Virus record (IMG/VR): IMGVR_UViG_3300042090_002148
Direction: 5' to 3' (one strand)
From: a virus
Length of the DNA stretch: 64,000 nucleotides
A program made the translations under genes and the position numbers. Position 1 is the first letter of the stretch. Each line of letters opens with the position of its first letter. Positions 43,501 through 52,145 of this stretch are shown piece by piece. The notes beneath the pieces are model-generated. The model saw only the letters and a list, made by a program, of their open reading frames with translations. It did no database searches and was not told where the DNA came from.

Positions 43501-43998
43501 GGCGGGGGCTGTGGTGGAGAGAACCTCGATGGTCTCGTACTGATCCGCAGCCACCGAGCGGATGCGCCACGCTGAAGGCACCTGCTGGCCTTCGACGCTG
43601 ATGAACTCAGTCACCTCGGCGACGTAGTTCGTGATGCCCGCCGCGCTGAACGCGAGCTGGATCTGAGCCGCGACCTGCGCCGGCGAGAGCGGGGTGCCCC
43701 CGAAGGTGACGTCGAGCTCGGGCCCGTTGCCGAGAGACAGCGCGAGGACGAGACCGCTAAGGCCAGAGTACACGGGCGGTGTTCCGACGCCGGGATCCGC
43801 GAGGAGGATGGCCTGCAGCGGGACCTGAGCTTCGGAGTTCACCACCTGCGCGCCGGCAGCGTTGGTCGTCAGAACCTCGACCTCCTGGAAGCATGCACCC
43901 ACGATGCACGGAACAAGCGTCGGCGTGATGACCGTGGGCGTGGTCGACGAGAACTGCTGAATTACTTCAACGCCCGGTTGCGGGAGTGACGCTGCCAT
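40540..43998 (-). CDS. Contractile tail sheath protein with multiple inserted repeat domains
   Basis: LPQPGVEVIQ N-terminus; C-terminal sheath motifs (Y.TAAIAG...SFTN...MAAGG.YII...ALTTD...SVTKIVDFVAK...VDVDITLDVPLPCNYI.LTL). Confidence 0.85.
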   Translation of the reverse strand: MAASLPQPGVEVIQQFSSTTPTVITPTLVPCIVGACFQEVEVLTTNAAGAQVVNSEAQVPLQAILLADPGVGTPPVYSGLSGLVLALSLGNGPELDVTFGGTPLSPAQVAAQIQLAFSAAGITNYVAEVTEFISVEGQQVPSAWRIRSVAADQYETIEVLSTTAPAVLAAFGFAVGRIYSGAVYYTQDITPVYVDSFPDPNHNIDEIVVEPDTVRVFLFLGGAGLGSALMEVTRTSAFLQNGIGTQATITGSVDLTTITYATYAQVVGGNISSGSLYGGGGLLDGETLILNVNGAGATTLNLVGTGNALNEATLLAAIAAQWTSLAVTSPANVLTLTDLTPGAAGSITVGAGTANTHLGLTAGPNPGVAGELDGETVMYSLNGLAVATLTFGVPLSIADILTAFASSFGSLATANEAVTSHFLVLQNVGYGPNFTIQITGGTALTHLGLTAGGVVAGVAGVQALNAGSGAAVTNLLNFPGTNFTAAPGAASIVGTVSLTAVTDGLTFTLDDGTGPQTLTFMGATTPTKILAQINALFGEAVGGQTIATTNGGGDLVLTSTQLGAESILSVLGGTALTALGLTVSAATGAPYQPLPGDTITVDGTPYATIVKVAPGGNNSQLQISTQVPVSSDVGNAWYITANGLNVNNANTGVTRPIPNLSVDDVGNATIKANVLRNIRGNPVTTARAQLYVQYQALRLDVTAQATNPGLLSFGDTTTLAANLSPITTDNPLGLGLYFALLNAPGIAVTGIGVDAVTEGSPFGTLDAFTRAAQFLEGYEVYAIAPLTHDPTVFQVFNTHVTLMSEPAQKGERIVLINAETPTTYIDTLVASGTDGNTTLTTNQFDTGIAGLDSLLVAAGQTGTGPYSVTAGIYLDIGDGNHYSIVNLVGSVLTIQTSGFLPGQNDDGFYATTPLPDPLISEPFAVRIRGAALLLPDGMPDYDNIALTVQQTSQGYANRRVWSVFPDSCSATINGVQQIIDGFYMTAAIAGMIGAQPPQQSFTNFPMTGFISVIGSKGTFSQSQLDIMAAGGTYIIIQDSPGTPLYSRMALTTDMTSVETRTDSVTKIVDFVAKFLRTGLKNYIGRFNITQGFLDSLGHVIAGLLGFLSDSGVLIGATLNNLIQDTNEPDQVDVDITLDVPLPCNYIRLTLTV

Positions 43999-44027
43999 TA
44001 GGAGGCTCCTCTACACGTTCAGGTGGT

Positions 44028-44999
44028 TCATCGAATCCGCACGCGCTGTACCGGACTACGGCTCGATTGTTCCACACACGGAGTGGCTAAGGGAATAGGT
44101 CGCCCCCCTATGCTGGGCGACCGAACTGCTGGCGCATTCGCACGGGAAGAACGGATGTAGACAGTCTGAGACGGGTTCCGTGGGTCCGGAACAACCATCG
44201 GTTGTGGCGCAGGAAGACCGGGTCTCGGTGTGCCTCCGTACGCATCACTCGCAGCCGGAGCGAAGGCAGGAGGGAAGCGTGCGTCGAACTCGAAAGGCAG
44301 TCCGCCGTTCGGGGCCATGGCCTGTTGTTCTCCGCCGTTCGGCGCTTGTTCTCGAATCGTCGCGAGACGTTGTCTCAGCGTGAGCCGAATCCCCTGGAGA
44401 ACCCGTCGGTTGAGCGGGCTGACCTGCGACGTGCGGTAGAACTGGAAGGGACACGAGACCGGCGTCGCATACCACTCATCCGCGGAGTCTCCGCTCACGA
44501 GGGCACCGGCAGAAGACACCGCGCCGACGATGGGCTGTCGTCCGATCTCGAAGAAGCCCTCCGCCATCAGCATCTCACGATGGAGCCACAGCTGTTCTGC
44601 CGCGACCCACGCAAGGTTCGTCGCCTCCGTGGGCACACGCGAGCACACGTTGATGGTCATCGTGCCAGGCACGAGCACCGACTTCTTCTTGGTCCCGGTG
44701 CGCGCGTCGTAGTTCAACATGTCGTCGAGGCCGAGCGTGTAGAACTGCACGGGACCACGCGTGAACGACATGCCCGGCCGCGTCCCCATGGACGTGTCCT
44801 TGAGCGGGTTCTCCCCCGAGATGTAGATCTCGGTGAGGTCGTCATCCTCCGACCAGTGGTACATCCCCGGCGGCGAGTAGCTGAAGAGCCCCTGGTAAAA
44901 CGCGATGTACAGCGAGCTGACGTGCTCGAGAGGAGAGTACTTGAAGCTATCCTCGGGGAACGCTCCCGCCGCTGTGGTGCTGGGGATTCTTGCCGTCAC
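44028..44999 (-). CDS. Putative tail terminator / tail-completion protein
   Basis: Immediately upstream of the sheath; FYQGLF...YHWS.D...EIYI...PG.MTINVCSR pattern. Confidence 0.5.
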   Translation of the reverse strand: MTARIPSTTAAGAFPEDSFKYSPLEHVSSLYIAFYQGLFSYSPPGMYHWSEDDDLTEIYISGENPLKDTSMGTRPGMSFTRGPVQFYTLGLDDMLNYDARTGTKKKSVLVPGTMTINVCSRVPTEATNLAWVAAEQLWLHREMLMAEGFFEIGRQPIVGAVSSAGALVSGDSADEWYATPVSCPFQFYRTSQVSPLNRRVLQGIRLTLRQRLATIREQAPNGGEQQAMAPNGGLPFEFDARFPPAFAPAASDAYGGTPRPGLPAPQPMVVPDPRNPSQTVYIRSSRANAPAVRSPSIGGRPIPLATPCVEQSSRSPVQRVRIR

Positions 45000-45276
45000 T
45001 GTTCGAGTCCTCCTGCGCGCTCCGGTACGCCAATGCTAGCAGAGTGCCGACCACAGGGGCTGCAGCGGCCAGGTAACCGCCGGGGATCTTCTGACCCTTG
45101 TTGAAGTGCGAGTAGATCTTGTCGGCCATCGCGCCGCCGAGCATCCCCGCTCCAGTGCCCGCGGCGAAAGCCGCAGCCGTGGGAGCAGCCTTGCGCAGGT
45201 GAACACGCCAGTCGACCGTGTCCTCCGCGGTCTTGAAGAACGCGACGGCCTCCTCGTAGTGCTGGGCGTTGAACAT
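44947..45276 (-). CDS. Small putative head protein (FFKTAED, Gly-zipper)
   Basis: From ATG 45276. Confidence 0.55.
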   Translation of the reverse strand: MFNAQHYEEAVAFFKTAEDTVDWRVHLRKAAPTAAAFAAGTGAGMLGGAMADKIYSHFNKGQKIPGGYLAAAAPVVGTLLALAYRSAQEDSNSDGKNPQHHSGGSVPRG

Positions 45277-45284
45277 CGAGACGC

Positions 45285-46184
45285 TCACGAGTTCCTCTTC
45301 GTGGTGGGGAAGAGCTCGAACACACGGGGGAGCTTCTCCTCCATGAAGTTCTCGAGCGTAGTGGGGTTGGTGTAGTTCCTCGAGGGGCTGAGCCACAGGT
45401 CGCGCAGCGGGATGCCGAGCTCGAGGGGGATGGAGAACTCGAGGTCGCGCGGAGGAATCTCGTGGAGACCCACCTCCTGGTGAATGCCTGCGCGCCCCTT
45501 CTCCGTCTGGGTCACCGTGGTCACGCGCCAGCGACGGTTCTCTCCCTCGATGACCAGGTCACGCGGCTTGAGCGGCGGGTACCAGGGCATTCGCATCGTC
45601 GTGTTCGACTGCTGCTGCGCACCGACGTTGGTGTTCTGCTCGGACTTCGGAGACGGATCGATCTGCATCCAGCTCTCGACCGGGTGCATGTAGCCACGCA
45701 CGTAGGTCGTACCCCAGCATGTCTTGCACCCTGAGCGGTTGGCTTGCCGCGTGTTCGGGTTCCAACACGAGCAGCGCTGCCCGAAGGTGCGCACCGGAAG
45801 AACCCAGCAGCGTCGACCTGCGAACTCTCGGAAGAGAAGCACGTTGTGCCGACGGAGCTCGAGGGCGATGAGATCCGGGTCAGGATCCTTGCTGACAGGA
45901 CCGAACGTCTGACAGTCCCCGCTCGGCACGTGCTTCACGAGCAGCTGGTAGAAGTACTTCCGCCAGCGATGCCCGGTGTGGATCGTGTTGTCGATGAAGC
46001 GGTAGCTGTCAGAGAAGGGGACGTCGAGGTTGCTCCATGGACCCGAGCCAGACTCGCTGCGCTGCACCTGGATGGTGTAGTCGAGCACGTCCTCGGACGT
46101 GTCCTCGAGCTCCCACGTCACCTCGTTGAAGTCGCAGTCGAGCGACCTCACACGGATGCGACGAAACTCGAGGAGGACCGGCAT
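45285..46184 (-). CDS. Putative neck / head-closure protein with Zn-binding segment
   Basis: RCSC...GCKTCWGT.YVRGY..P motif; FN3-like N-terminus. Confidence 0.55.
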   Translation of the reverse strand: MPVLLEFRRIRVRSLDCDFNEVTWELEDTSEDVLDYTIQVQRSESGSGPWSNLDVPFSDSYRFIDNTIHTGHRWRKYFYQLLVKHVPSGDCQTFGPVSKDPDPDLIALELRRHNVLLFREFAGRRCWVLPVRTFGQRCSCWNPNTRQANRSGCKTCWGTTYVRGYMHPVESWMQIDPSPKSEQNTNVGAQQQSNTTMRMPWYPPLKPRDLVIEGENRRWRVTTVTQTEKGRAGIHQEVGLHEIPPRDLEFSIPLELGIPLRDLWLSPSRNYTNPTTLENFMEEKLPRVFELFPTTKRNS

Positions 46185-46185
46185 G

Positions 46186-46661
46186 TCAGGCTCGCGTGGC
46201 TGCGTCCGGAGAGATGCGACCTGGGGCGGGCATGTACTTGTCGAGCGCACCGCCCAAGCCCATCTTGCTGTTCTGCGGAACGCTCCATCCGAGCAGCTTC
46301 ACTGCGGCTCCAGGAGACATCGGCTGCTGACCCTTGGGCAGCCCGGCGCCGCTCACCAGGGGGTGCGAGAGGATGCGCTGCTGCGCTTCCTCTGGAAGAC
46401 GCTGGAACGCCGCATGGTCTTCGTTCGCCGAGATCATCGAGATGTTCTGGGGACGGCGCTGCGGCTGTACGGCCGACGTCACCGGGTTCGATGCGATGGG
46501 CGCACTTCCGTGGGCCGCTGGCGTGATGCCACCAGGAGAGGCCATCGTCGGCGCGAACGCCGGTGCCGCTCCCTGTGTGCGAAGAGCACCAGAGAGCGGC
46601 GGTTGGTTGAGGGTGGGCGTCCGTGGCCCCGCAGCGAGTGCGCCGGGAGCCCCTACGCTTT
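46186..46661 (-). CDS. Probable -1 frame extension of the 46653-47942 protein (the ORF track calls only 46186-46545)
   Basis: Frame is open across the upstream stop; no RBS before ATG 46545. Confidence 0.55.
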
Positions 46662-47942
46662 TGGGCTGGGGGTACCTCCGACGAGGCCCATCACGCGCTG
46701 CTTGATGCCGCTGGCCGAGGCTCCTGCGGCCTGCCCGAGCGTGGCCCCAGGGTTGGCAGCCATGTGGGCCTGCATCCCGCGGCCGAGGTGACCCGCACCG
46801 GCGCCGAGGGCAGCTCCACCTAGAGCTCCTCCGAAACGGTTATCCGGTCCTCCTGCGAGTGCGCCGCCGGCGGCACCGAGAGCGGCACCCGCGAGCTCGG
46901 GATGCGCCTTCGCAGCTCCCAGCGCCTTGGTGGCCATCCCACCGATGGCCTTCATGTCGATGGCAGCGATCTTCGTTTGGGTGCGCGCGAGGATGCGCCC
47001 CATGCGGTCGGCCATCGCGAGATGCTGCGCGTGCTTGGCTTCCTCGGCGTGCTTCGGCTTGCTCTTGCCTAGTTCGCCGAGCAGACCCGGTGTGCCGCCT
47101 TCCTCGTGAGACGAGGGAGTGAGCAGACCGCCTAGTGGATTCCAGGCGTTACCGCCCGCTTCGTGCTTCTTCGCGGCATACTCGTGATGACGTGCATTGA
47201 TGTCAGGCCGCTGGCCGTTCTCGTCAATGGTGCCGAAGCGCAACTTGTCAAGCAGACTGCTCTTGGCAGCGCCTCGGTGTGGCAGACCACCATAGCCCTG
47301 AGAATGCTCTGCAAGCTCCGCGTCGTGCCGTGCCATCAGGCGATATTTCTCTGCGTCGAACTTGTGCCCCTTCTCGGTGATTGCAAAGCCTGTCTTCGCA
47401 ACCCCGCCACCGAGGCCACCCGAGCTGTCCTGAACGCCCTCCGCGGGGACAGGACCAGGAGCTCCGGCACCCTGCGCGGTGTCTCCCACCGGTTCCCCCG
47501 CCGGTGCAGCGCCCGCTGCGGCAGCTCCACCCTGCTGCTTGGCCAGCTCGAGCTCGAGGAGACGCTTGCGGACGCGGAGCTTGTCCTTCGCGTCCCAGAT
47601 GGTGTCCTCGTTCTGTCGGTTCGCGCGGCTCTCCTGGCGCTTCTGGAGATCCAGCATCTCCGCTTGGAGCTCTTCCTGCTCGAGGGCGACGGCCTGGTCG
47701 AACAGGGGCGTGCCCTTGAAGCGATCGAGGAAGGTCTTCGGCTCGCCGTCCGGGCCGCACTCGCTGGCCGTCTTCGTCAGCGGCTTGCGATCGAGGTGGC
47801 CGTAGAGCTCGGAGATGGGCATCCCCGAGGCGATCTTCTCGACCTCCCAGTCAGGGAGACCATCGAGCAAACCGATGACCTCGAACGTGGCCTGCTGCCG
47901 TCCCATCTTCTCGTACGTGGCTTCGAGGAACTCTTCAAACAC
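46653..47942 (-). CDS. Putative internal head protein (KTAS, KTGF, KIAA motifs; Gly-zipper)
   Basis: 429 aa; GTG start. Confidence 0.65.
   Translation of the reverse strand: MFEEFLEATYEKMGRQQATFEVIGLLDGLPDWEVEKIASGMPISELYGHLDRKPLTKTASECGPDGEPKTFLDRFKGTPLFDQAVALEQEELQAEMLDLQKRQESRANRQNEDTIWDAKDKLRVRKRLLELELAKQQGGAAAAGAAPAGEPVGDTAQGAGAPGPVPAEGVQDSSGGLGGGVAKTGFAITEKGHKFDAEKYRLMARHDAELAEHSQGYGGLPHRGAAKSSLLDKLRFGTIDENGQRPDINARHHEYAAKKHEAGGNAWNPLGGLLTPSSHEEGGTPGLLGELGKSKPKHAEEAKHAQHLAMADRMGRILARTQTKIAAIDMKAIGGMATKALGAAKAHPELAGAALGAAGGALAGGPDNRFGGALGGAALGAGAGHLGRGMQAHMAANPGATLGQAAGASASGIKQRVMGLVGGTPSPKA
46659..46665 (-). promoter_or_regulatory. Programmed -1 frameshift heptamer C CCA AAA with downstream hairpin
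   Basis: In phase, two codons before TAG; 7-nt spacer, then an 11-bp GC-rich hairpin (46625-46651). Confidence 0.7.
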
Positions 47943-47952
47943 AGCGGGCCTC

Positions 47953-49896
47953 CTACTTCTTCTTCGCAGCAGCCTGCGCTGCGCGGATGGATCGAACGTG
48001 CTCTCGGACCTTGACGATGTTGTCCTTCATCCTCGGGCCGAGGTACCCCCCAGCTGCGCCACCGACAGCAGCGCTCATGGCGGTGAACTTGCCTGGGTTC
48101 TTCTTCGCATAGTCATCCGTGGCGAGCTCGCTCTTCGCGGCCCCTAGGCGGCGTGACTCGGAGAAGCTCCGGTCCTTCTTGCCCTCGAGCTCCTTCTCGA
48201 CGGCCTTCACGTGGGAGACGTCGCGCTTCGTCTCGTAGTGCCCGGTGGCGGCACCGAGTGCGGCGCCGGCAGCGGCGCCTGGGCCATGCTTCTTCGCGGC
48301 GCCGATCGCCTTGGTCATCTTGGAGACGGCCGCGGCGAGGACCTCCTTCTGTGGGGTCTTCGCGTCGCCGGTCTGCTCCTTCTGGCCCACGTTGGTCGCG
48401 GTCTGCGCGGTGTCCATCATCGGCTTGGACATCGCGATGCCGTCTGCGTTGGGCACGGTGGCGTCTCCCTCGGGGGCAGGGGAACCAGGCGGGGTGCCTG
48501 GAGCGGGGGCCTGACCGGCAGGACCCGAGGTGGGGTTGGGGACGCTTGAGGGTGCAGCCCCGGTGCTCGCTGCGGACATGGCGGCCTGGTCCGGGCTCAT
48601 CGACGGCGGGTCGCTCGAGACCGTGTTGAGGATCTGCCCGCGGAGCTGCTGGTAGGCCATCCGCATGGCAGCAGCTCCCTGCTGCTCCTTCAGCACCTGG
48701 TCGCTCGCCATCATCGCCTTCTGGGTGGAGTCGGCGACCTGGGCCTGGATCTGCGCGAGCTCCTGCTCGTGCAGCGCCTGCGCTTGCTGAAGCTGCTGGG
48801 CCTCCTGCTGCGCAGCCTCGAGCTGCTCCTTCGCCTGGGCAAGCTGCTCCTGGTAGAACTGCACCGCGCTCGCGTCGGTGGCCTGGTTGAGCTCCTGCTG
48901 CGTGGCGAGGTACTGCTGGGTGGCCTGGTCGACTGCCGGCGTGACGGGGACGGGCTTGGCTGGAGGCTGGTCGAGTGCCTGCGCGGCCTGCTGTGGGTCG
49001 ACGGGAGAGGACGGGCCCATCCCCATGCCTGCGTTCTGGACCTCCTCGAAGGCGCGCTTCATCGCAGCCCCGAGCTTCTTCTTGGCCTTGTTGTACTCGT
49101 GTACCGCCATCCCGCCTATGATGGGAGCACCGATCGCCGCCGTACCCAGACCGGTCAGACCCTGTGCATCAGCAAACGGGTGCATGAACTTGGGCAGAGG
49201 ATTCGCAGCAGCGGTCTTCGCGTGGCGGTCCATGACCGCGCCGACCTCACGCCCCGTCTTGCCGGCGATGTGGTGGCCAACAGCTGCGCCGGCGATGGTG
49301 GCGAGGGGGTTGCCCTTCCCGTACCGGTGGGAGGCGTATCCCCCGAGCGCGGCGCCGGTGATGCTGCCCACCAGGCCTCCGCCGTGCTCGCGCTTGTGCG
49401 CCTCGGCCTTCTCCTTCTCGGCGGAGAGGGAGGCTCGCGCGCGCTCCTTGCCGATCTCCTCGGGTGTCTTGTCCGAAGCGGCAGTCTTCTGCAGTCGCTT
49501 GTTGACGTCGTGCAGAACCGTACGATCCACCAAAGCTGCCGCCATCATGGCTGCGCTTCCGATGAGTGCTCCCGGTACCGCCAGTCCCGCGGGTGCCCCT
49601 GCGAGTCCGCCCATGACGGCGCCGACACCCGCTGCACGCGGATACGCCTTATGTGCGGGCATGTCGATGCCCTTCTCCGCCTGCTTGACGGTGTTCTGCC
49701 CCATCGCCGTGCTGGGCAGGGTGATCGGAGCGGGCGCGGGCATCTGCTGCCCGTTGGCCGTCGGAGGGAGGGTCGGCGCGGCCATCCCGCCGGCGGTGGC
49801 CAGCTTGGGACGGTCGTAGCCGAGAAGCTTCACATGGAAGGCGGCTGCGTCCGCGAGGGGCAGTCCGTTGAGCAGGGCGTTCTCAAAGTCACTCAT
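47953..49896 (-). CDS. Putative internal head/core protein with Gln-rich coiled coil and Gly-zippers
   Basis: 647 aa; KLAT, KQAE, KTAA x2 motifs. Confidence 0.65.
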   Translation of the reverse strand: MSDFENALLNGLPLADAAAFHVKLLGYDRPKLATAGGMAAPTLPPTANGQQMPAPAPITLPSTAMGQNTVKQAEKGIDMPAHKAYPRAAGVGAVMGGLAGAPAGLAVPGALIGSAAMMAAALVDRTVLHDVNKRLQKTAASDKTPEEIGKERARASLSAEKEKAEAHKREHGGGLVGSITGAALGGYASHRYGKGNPLATIAGAAVGHHIAGKTGREVGAVMDRHAKTAAANPLPKFMHPFADAQGLTGLGTAAIGAPIIGGMAVHEYNKAKKKLGAAMKRAFEEVQNAGMGMGPSSPVDPQQAAQALDQPPAKPVPVTPAVDQATQQYLATQQELNQATDASAVQFYQEQLAQAKEQLEAAQQEAQQLQQAQALHEQELAQIQAQVADSTQKAMMASDQVLKEQQGAAAMRMAYQQLRGQILNTVSSDPPSMSPDQAAMSAASTGAAPSSVPNPTSGPAGQAPAPGTPPGSPAPEGDATVPNADGIAMSKPMMDTAQTATNVGQKEQTGDAKTPQKEVLAAAVSKMTKAIGAAKKHGPGAAAGAALGAATGHYETKRDVSHVKAVEKELEGKKDRSFSESRRLGAAKSELATDDYAKKNPGKFTAMSAAVGGAAGGYLGPRMKDNIVKVREHVRSIRAAQAAAKKK

Positions 49897-49902
49897 CGCG
49901 CA

Positions 49903-50457
49903 CTACTCCCAGGTGTAGACGACGTTTGTTCCGTTGTTGTCGGTGTCCGACCACACCCAGCACGGAGGTGTCGGAGAGACCTCGACCGGCGAGTACAGCT
50001 TGCCCACCGAGTTGTTGTTCCCGTCGAAGCCGAGAGGGCCGTTCGCACTGTTGGCTGCGCCCATGCCGCCCTGTACCGTGACTCCGTGTGTTGGCGTCGT
50101 CTCGATGATCTGGATGAATCCCGCCGCCATGGAGACGGTAACCCCCGAGATAGCCGCCTCGATCTGCGCCTTCACGTCCTTGAGCAGGAGGTTGTACGGG
50201 TCCGGATTCGTGCCCGGAGTAACCGAGCTCCCGCTCCCCACGTTGGCCGCTACGAAGGTGACAGTGCCCGCAGGACCGGGCCCTACGAGAGTGAGCGTCG
50301 TGCCGACGAGACCAGGAAAGCCCGGGGTGTTGGGCGTGTGCGCGAACCCGCCTCCTGCGTTGGCTCCGATGCGGCCGTTGTTGCCGAAGACCGCCCCGTT
50401 CAGGAACGCGGTCAGCACGTCGATTGTCGGGAACTTGTAGACCTTGTTCTGAGCCAT
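49903..50457 (-). CDS. Virion structural protein with a domain resembling the sheath insert repeat
   Basis: GLVGTTLTL...TVTF...LKDVKAQIEAA...ANGPLGF. Confidence 0.55.
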   Translation of the reverse strand: MAQNKVYKFPTIDVLTAFLNGAVFGNNGRIGANAGGGFAHTPNTPGFPGLVGTTLTLVGPGPAGTVTFVAANVGSGSSVTPGTNPDPYNLLLKDVKAQIEAAISGVTVSMAAGFIQIIETTPTHGVTVQGGMGAANSANGPLGFDGNNNSVGKLYSPVEVSPTPPCWVWSDTDNNGTNVVYTWE

Positions 50458-50480
50458 GAGGGGTCTTCTTTCAGCGCGTA

Positions 50481-50511
50481 GCTAAAAAGACTGAGGAGGG
50501 TGACCCCAGTC
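50481..50511 (-). terminator. Hairpin plus TTTTTAGC after the HNH gene
   Basis: GACTG...CAGTC stem and the shared TTAGC tail. Confidence 0.5.
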
Positions 50512-50518
50512 TACAGGT

Positions 50519-51556
50519 TCAGTGAGAGGTAGGAGAAGCCAAGGGAACAGGGACCACGTTGTGCGAGTCGCAGTCTGCGCACTGAAGTGAGAAGCCACCT
50601 GCCGTGTTGGGCTGCAGAGGCGTGTTCGCCGAACCGCACAACGCACACACGAAGGCAGCGCCCTTACCGTGGCGTCCCTGACGCAGTTGCAGATTCTCCA
50701 GTGCGTTGTTCTCCTTGTTACCGTCGATGTGATGGACGGTCTCGAAGGCTGTAAGGGAACGACCGAGATGCCGCGCCATCACAAGACGGTGCTCCATCAC
50801 ATAACGCCCGCCCTCTGATGCAGAAACACCCATGTCGTAGTGTGGATCCTCTGGGTAGACGCGCACAATCAAGTAGCCACGTGACTTTCCCTTGCCGCCC
50901 TTCCACCAGTGATGCGCTTCGCCAGCGGGAGCGCCTACCTGCCGGAGCTCTACGCCAGCCCTAACGAGATGCTTGGTAGCCGTCGTGTGCCCCACGTTGA
51001 ACGCCAAAGCAACCTCGGACACAGAAGAACCTGCCTTGTACATCGCCACCATCTTCTCGGGCATATCTCCCATAACCTTGGGGGGTGAACCACGATGACC
51101 GCGGCGAAGTCCGAGCCGCTTCAACCCGATGCGCACGGCGTTCACTGGGATCTGCAGCGAGTTGGAGATCTGTACTGAAGTACTCCCTGCGCGGAAGCAG
51201 TCGGCGATGGTCAGCAACTGCGTTTCGGTCAAGACAACGGCCGCCGCAGCCACCCCGGGTGCGTACGCCTTCTCACGCAGAAGGGTCTGACGAACAGTGG
51301 GCTTGGGCACACCTGACGCCACAGCTATCTCCCCCAGAGTCATGCCCCGTGCGTGCAGCGCTAGCACCTGTGCTGCGACGTGCGGGTTAGGCCGCGGCCC
51401 ACGTGCCAGCTGCACACCACGCCGCCGCAACGCTGTGCGTACCGTGGCCGGGTTCACCCGCAGTACCTCTGCGATCTCTTCGGCATCCTTGCCCTCGGCG
51501 TACAGCGCAAGTGCGTGCTCCTCTTCCTTGGGACCAACCTTCCTTGCGTACGGCAT
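50519..51556 (-). CDS. HNH homing endonuclease with four N-terminal HTH repeats
   Basis: Repeated 'IA..L.V...TVR..L.R.GV'; YVMEHRLVMARHLGRSL...ETVHHIDGNKENNALENL. Confidence 0.85.
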   Translation of the reverse strand: MPYARKVGPKEEEHALALYAEGKDAEEIAEVLRVNPATVRTALRRRGVQLARGPRPNPHVAAQVLALHARGMTLGEIAVASGVPKPTVRQTLLREKAYAPGVAAAAVVLTETQLLTIADCFRAGSTSVQISNSLQIPVNAVRIGLKRLGLRRGHRGSPPKVMGDMPEKMVAMYKAGSSVSEVALAFNVGHTTATKHLVRAGVELRQVGAPAGEAHHWWKGGKGKSRGYLIVRVYPEDPHYDMGVSASEGGRYVMEHRLVMARHLGRSLTAFETVHHIDGNKENNALENLQLRQGRHGKGAAFVCALCGSANTPLQPNTAGGFSLQCADCDSHNVVPVPLASPTSH

Positions 51557-51626
51557 GTGTTTTCTCCTCGAGTTCCTTGTACCCGAACCTAGAGGATACT
51601 AGCACCACACTAACCAGCCAAGGAAG

Positions 51627-52136
51627 TTAGTAAGCTGCGTAGGTGGCGTTCGTGTTCCAGAGCTCGCTGTGAACCCCGGACTGACTCGGACCCAAGATGC
51701 CCTCGATGTTGAGTGCTACTTTGACACGCTGCTTTTGCTGTGTCGTGAAAGCTTTATAATACGAAAGCCAATTCAGTAACAAGGGGGTCTTATCGTTGAC
51801 CCCTACGTTAGTTCCACCATCACTGTAATTTATGTGATTGCGGGTCTGCAGGAGACCGACGCTCTCGATGACCGAGCACACCGTCATCCGCAGCAGGAGG
51901 TACTGCTGGTTGCGCTGCAGCAGATCCTCGAGCGTGTAGTTGGTCAGGTGGGGCGTACCGTTGAAGTCACTGAGCGCATCAAGTGCGGCCCACGCAATCA
52001 TGCGGTCGCTCGTCTCTTCGCCGGAGACGATGCGATTGAGCTCCTCGAAGTCACGCATGTAGAGCCGGACCATCTGGACAAAGTCCTGGAAGGTCTGGCT
52101 CATCCACGGGATGCCCTGGAGCTTCGGTAGAGACAT
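51627..52136 (-). CDS. Putative head-tail adaptor / neck protein
   Basis: 169 aa helical protein two genes after the major capsid; RLYMRD..ELN...NYSDGG pattern. Confidence 0.5.
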   Translation of the reverse strand: MSLPKLQGIPWMSQTFQDFVQMVRLYMRDFEELNRIVSGEETSDRMIAWAALDALSDFNGTPHLTNYTLEDLLQRNQQYLLLRMTVCSVIESVGLLQTRNHINYSDGGTNVGVNDKTPLLLNWLSYYKAFTTQQKQRVKVALNIEGILGPSQSGVHSELWNTNATYAAY

Positions 52137-52145
52137 GACGAGCTC

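Noticed and set aside
40705-43575. 956-aa plus-strand ORF, and similar long antisense ORFs (8427-9743, 48769-50481, 57749-59188, 10569-11666)
   Set aside because: Shadow frames of GC3-rich minus-strand genes; Arg/Gly/Val-biased sequence with no RBS or motifs.
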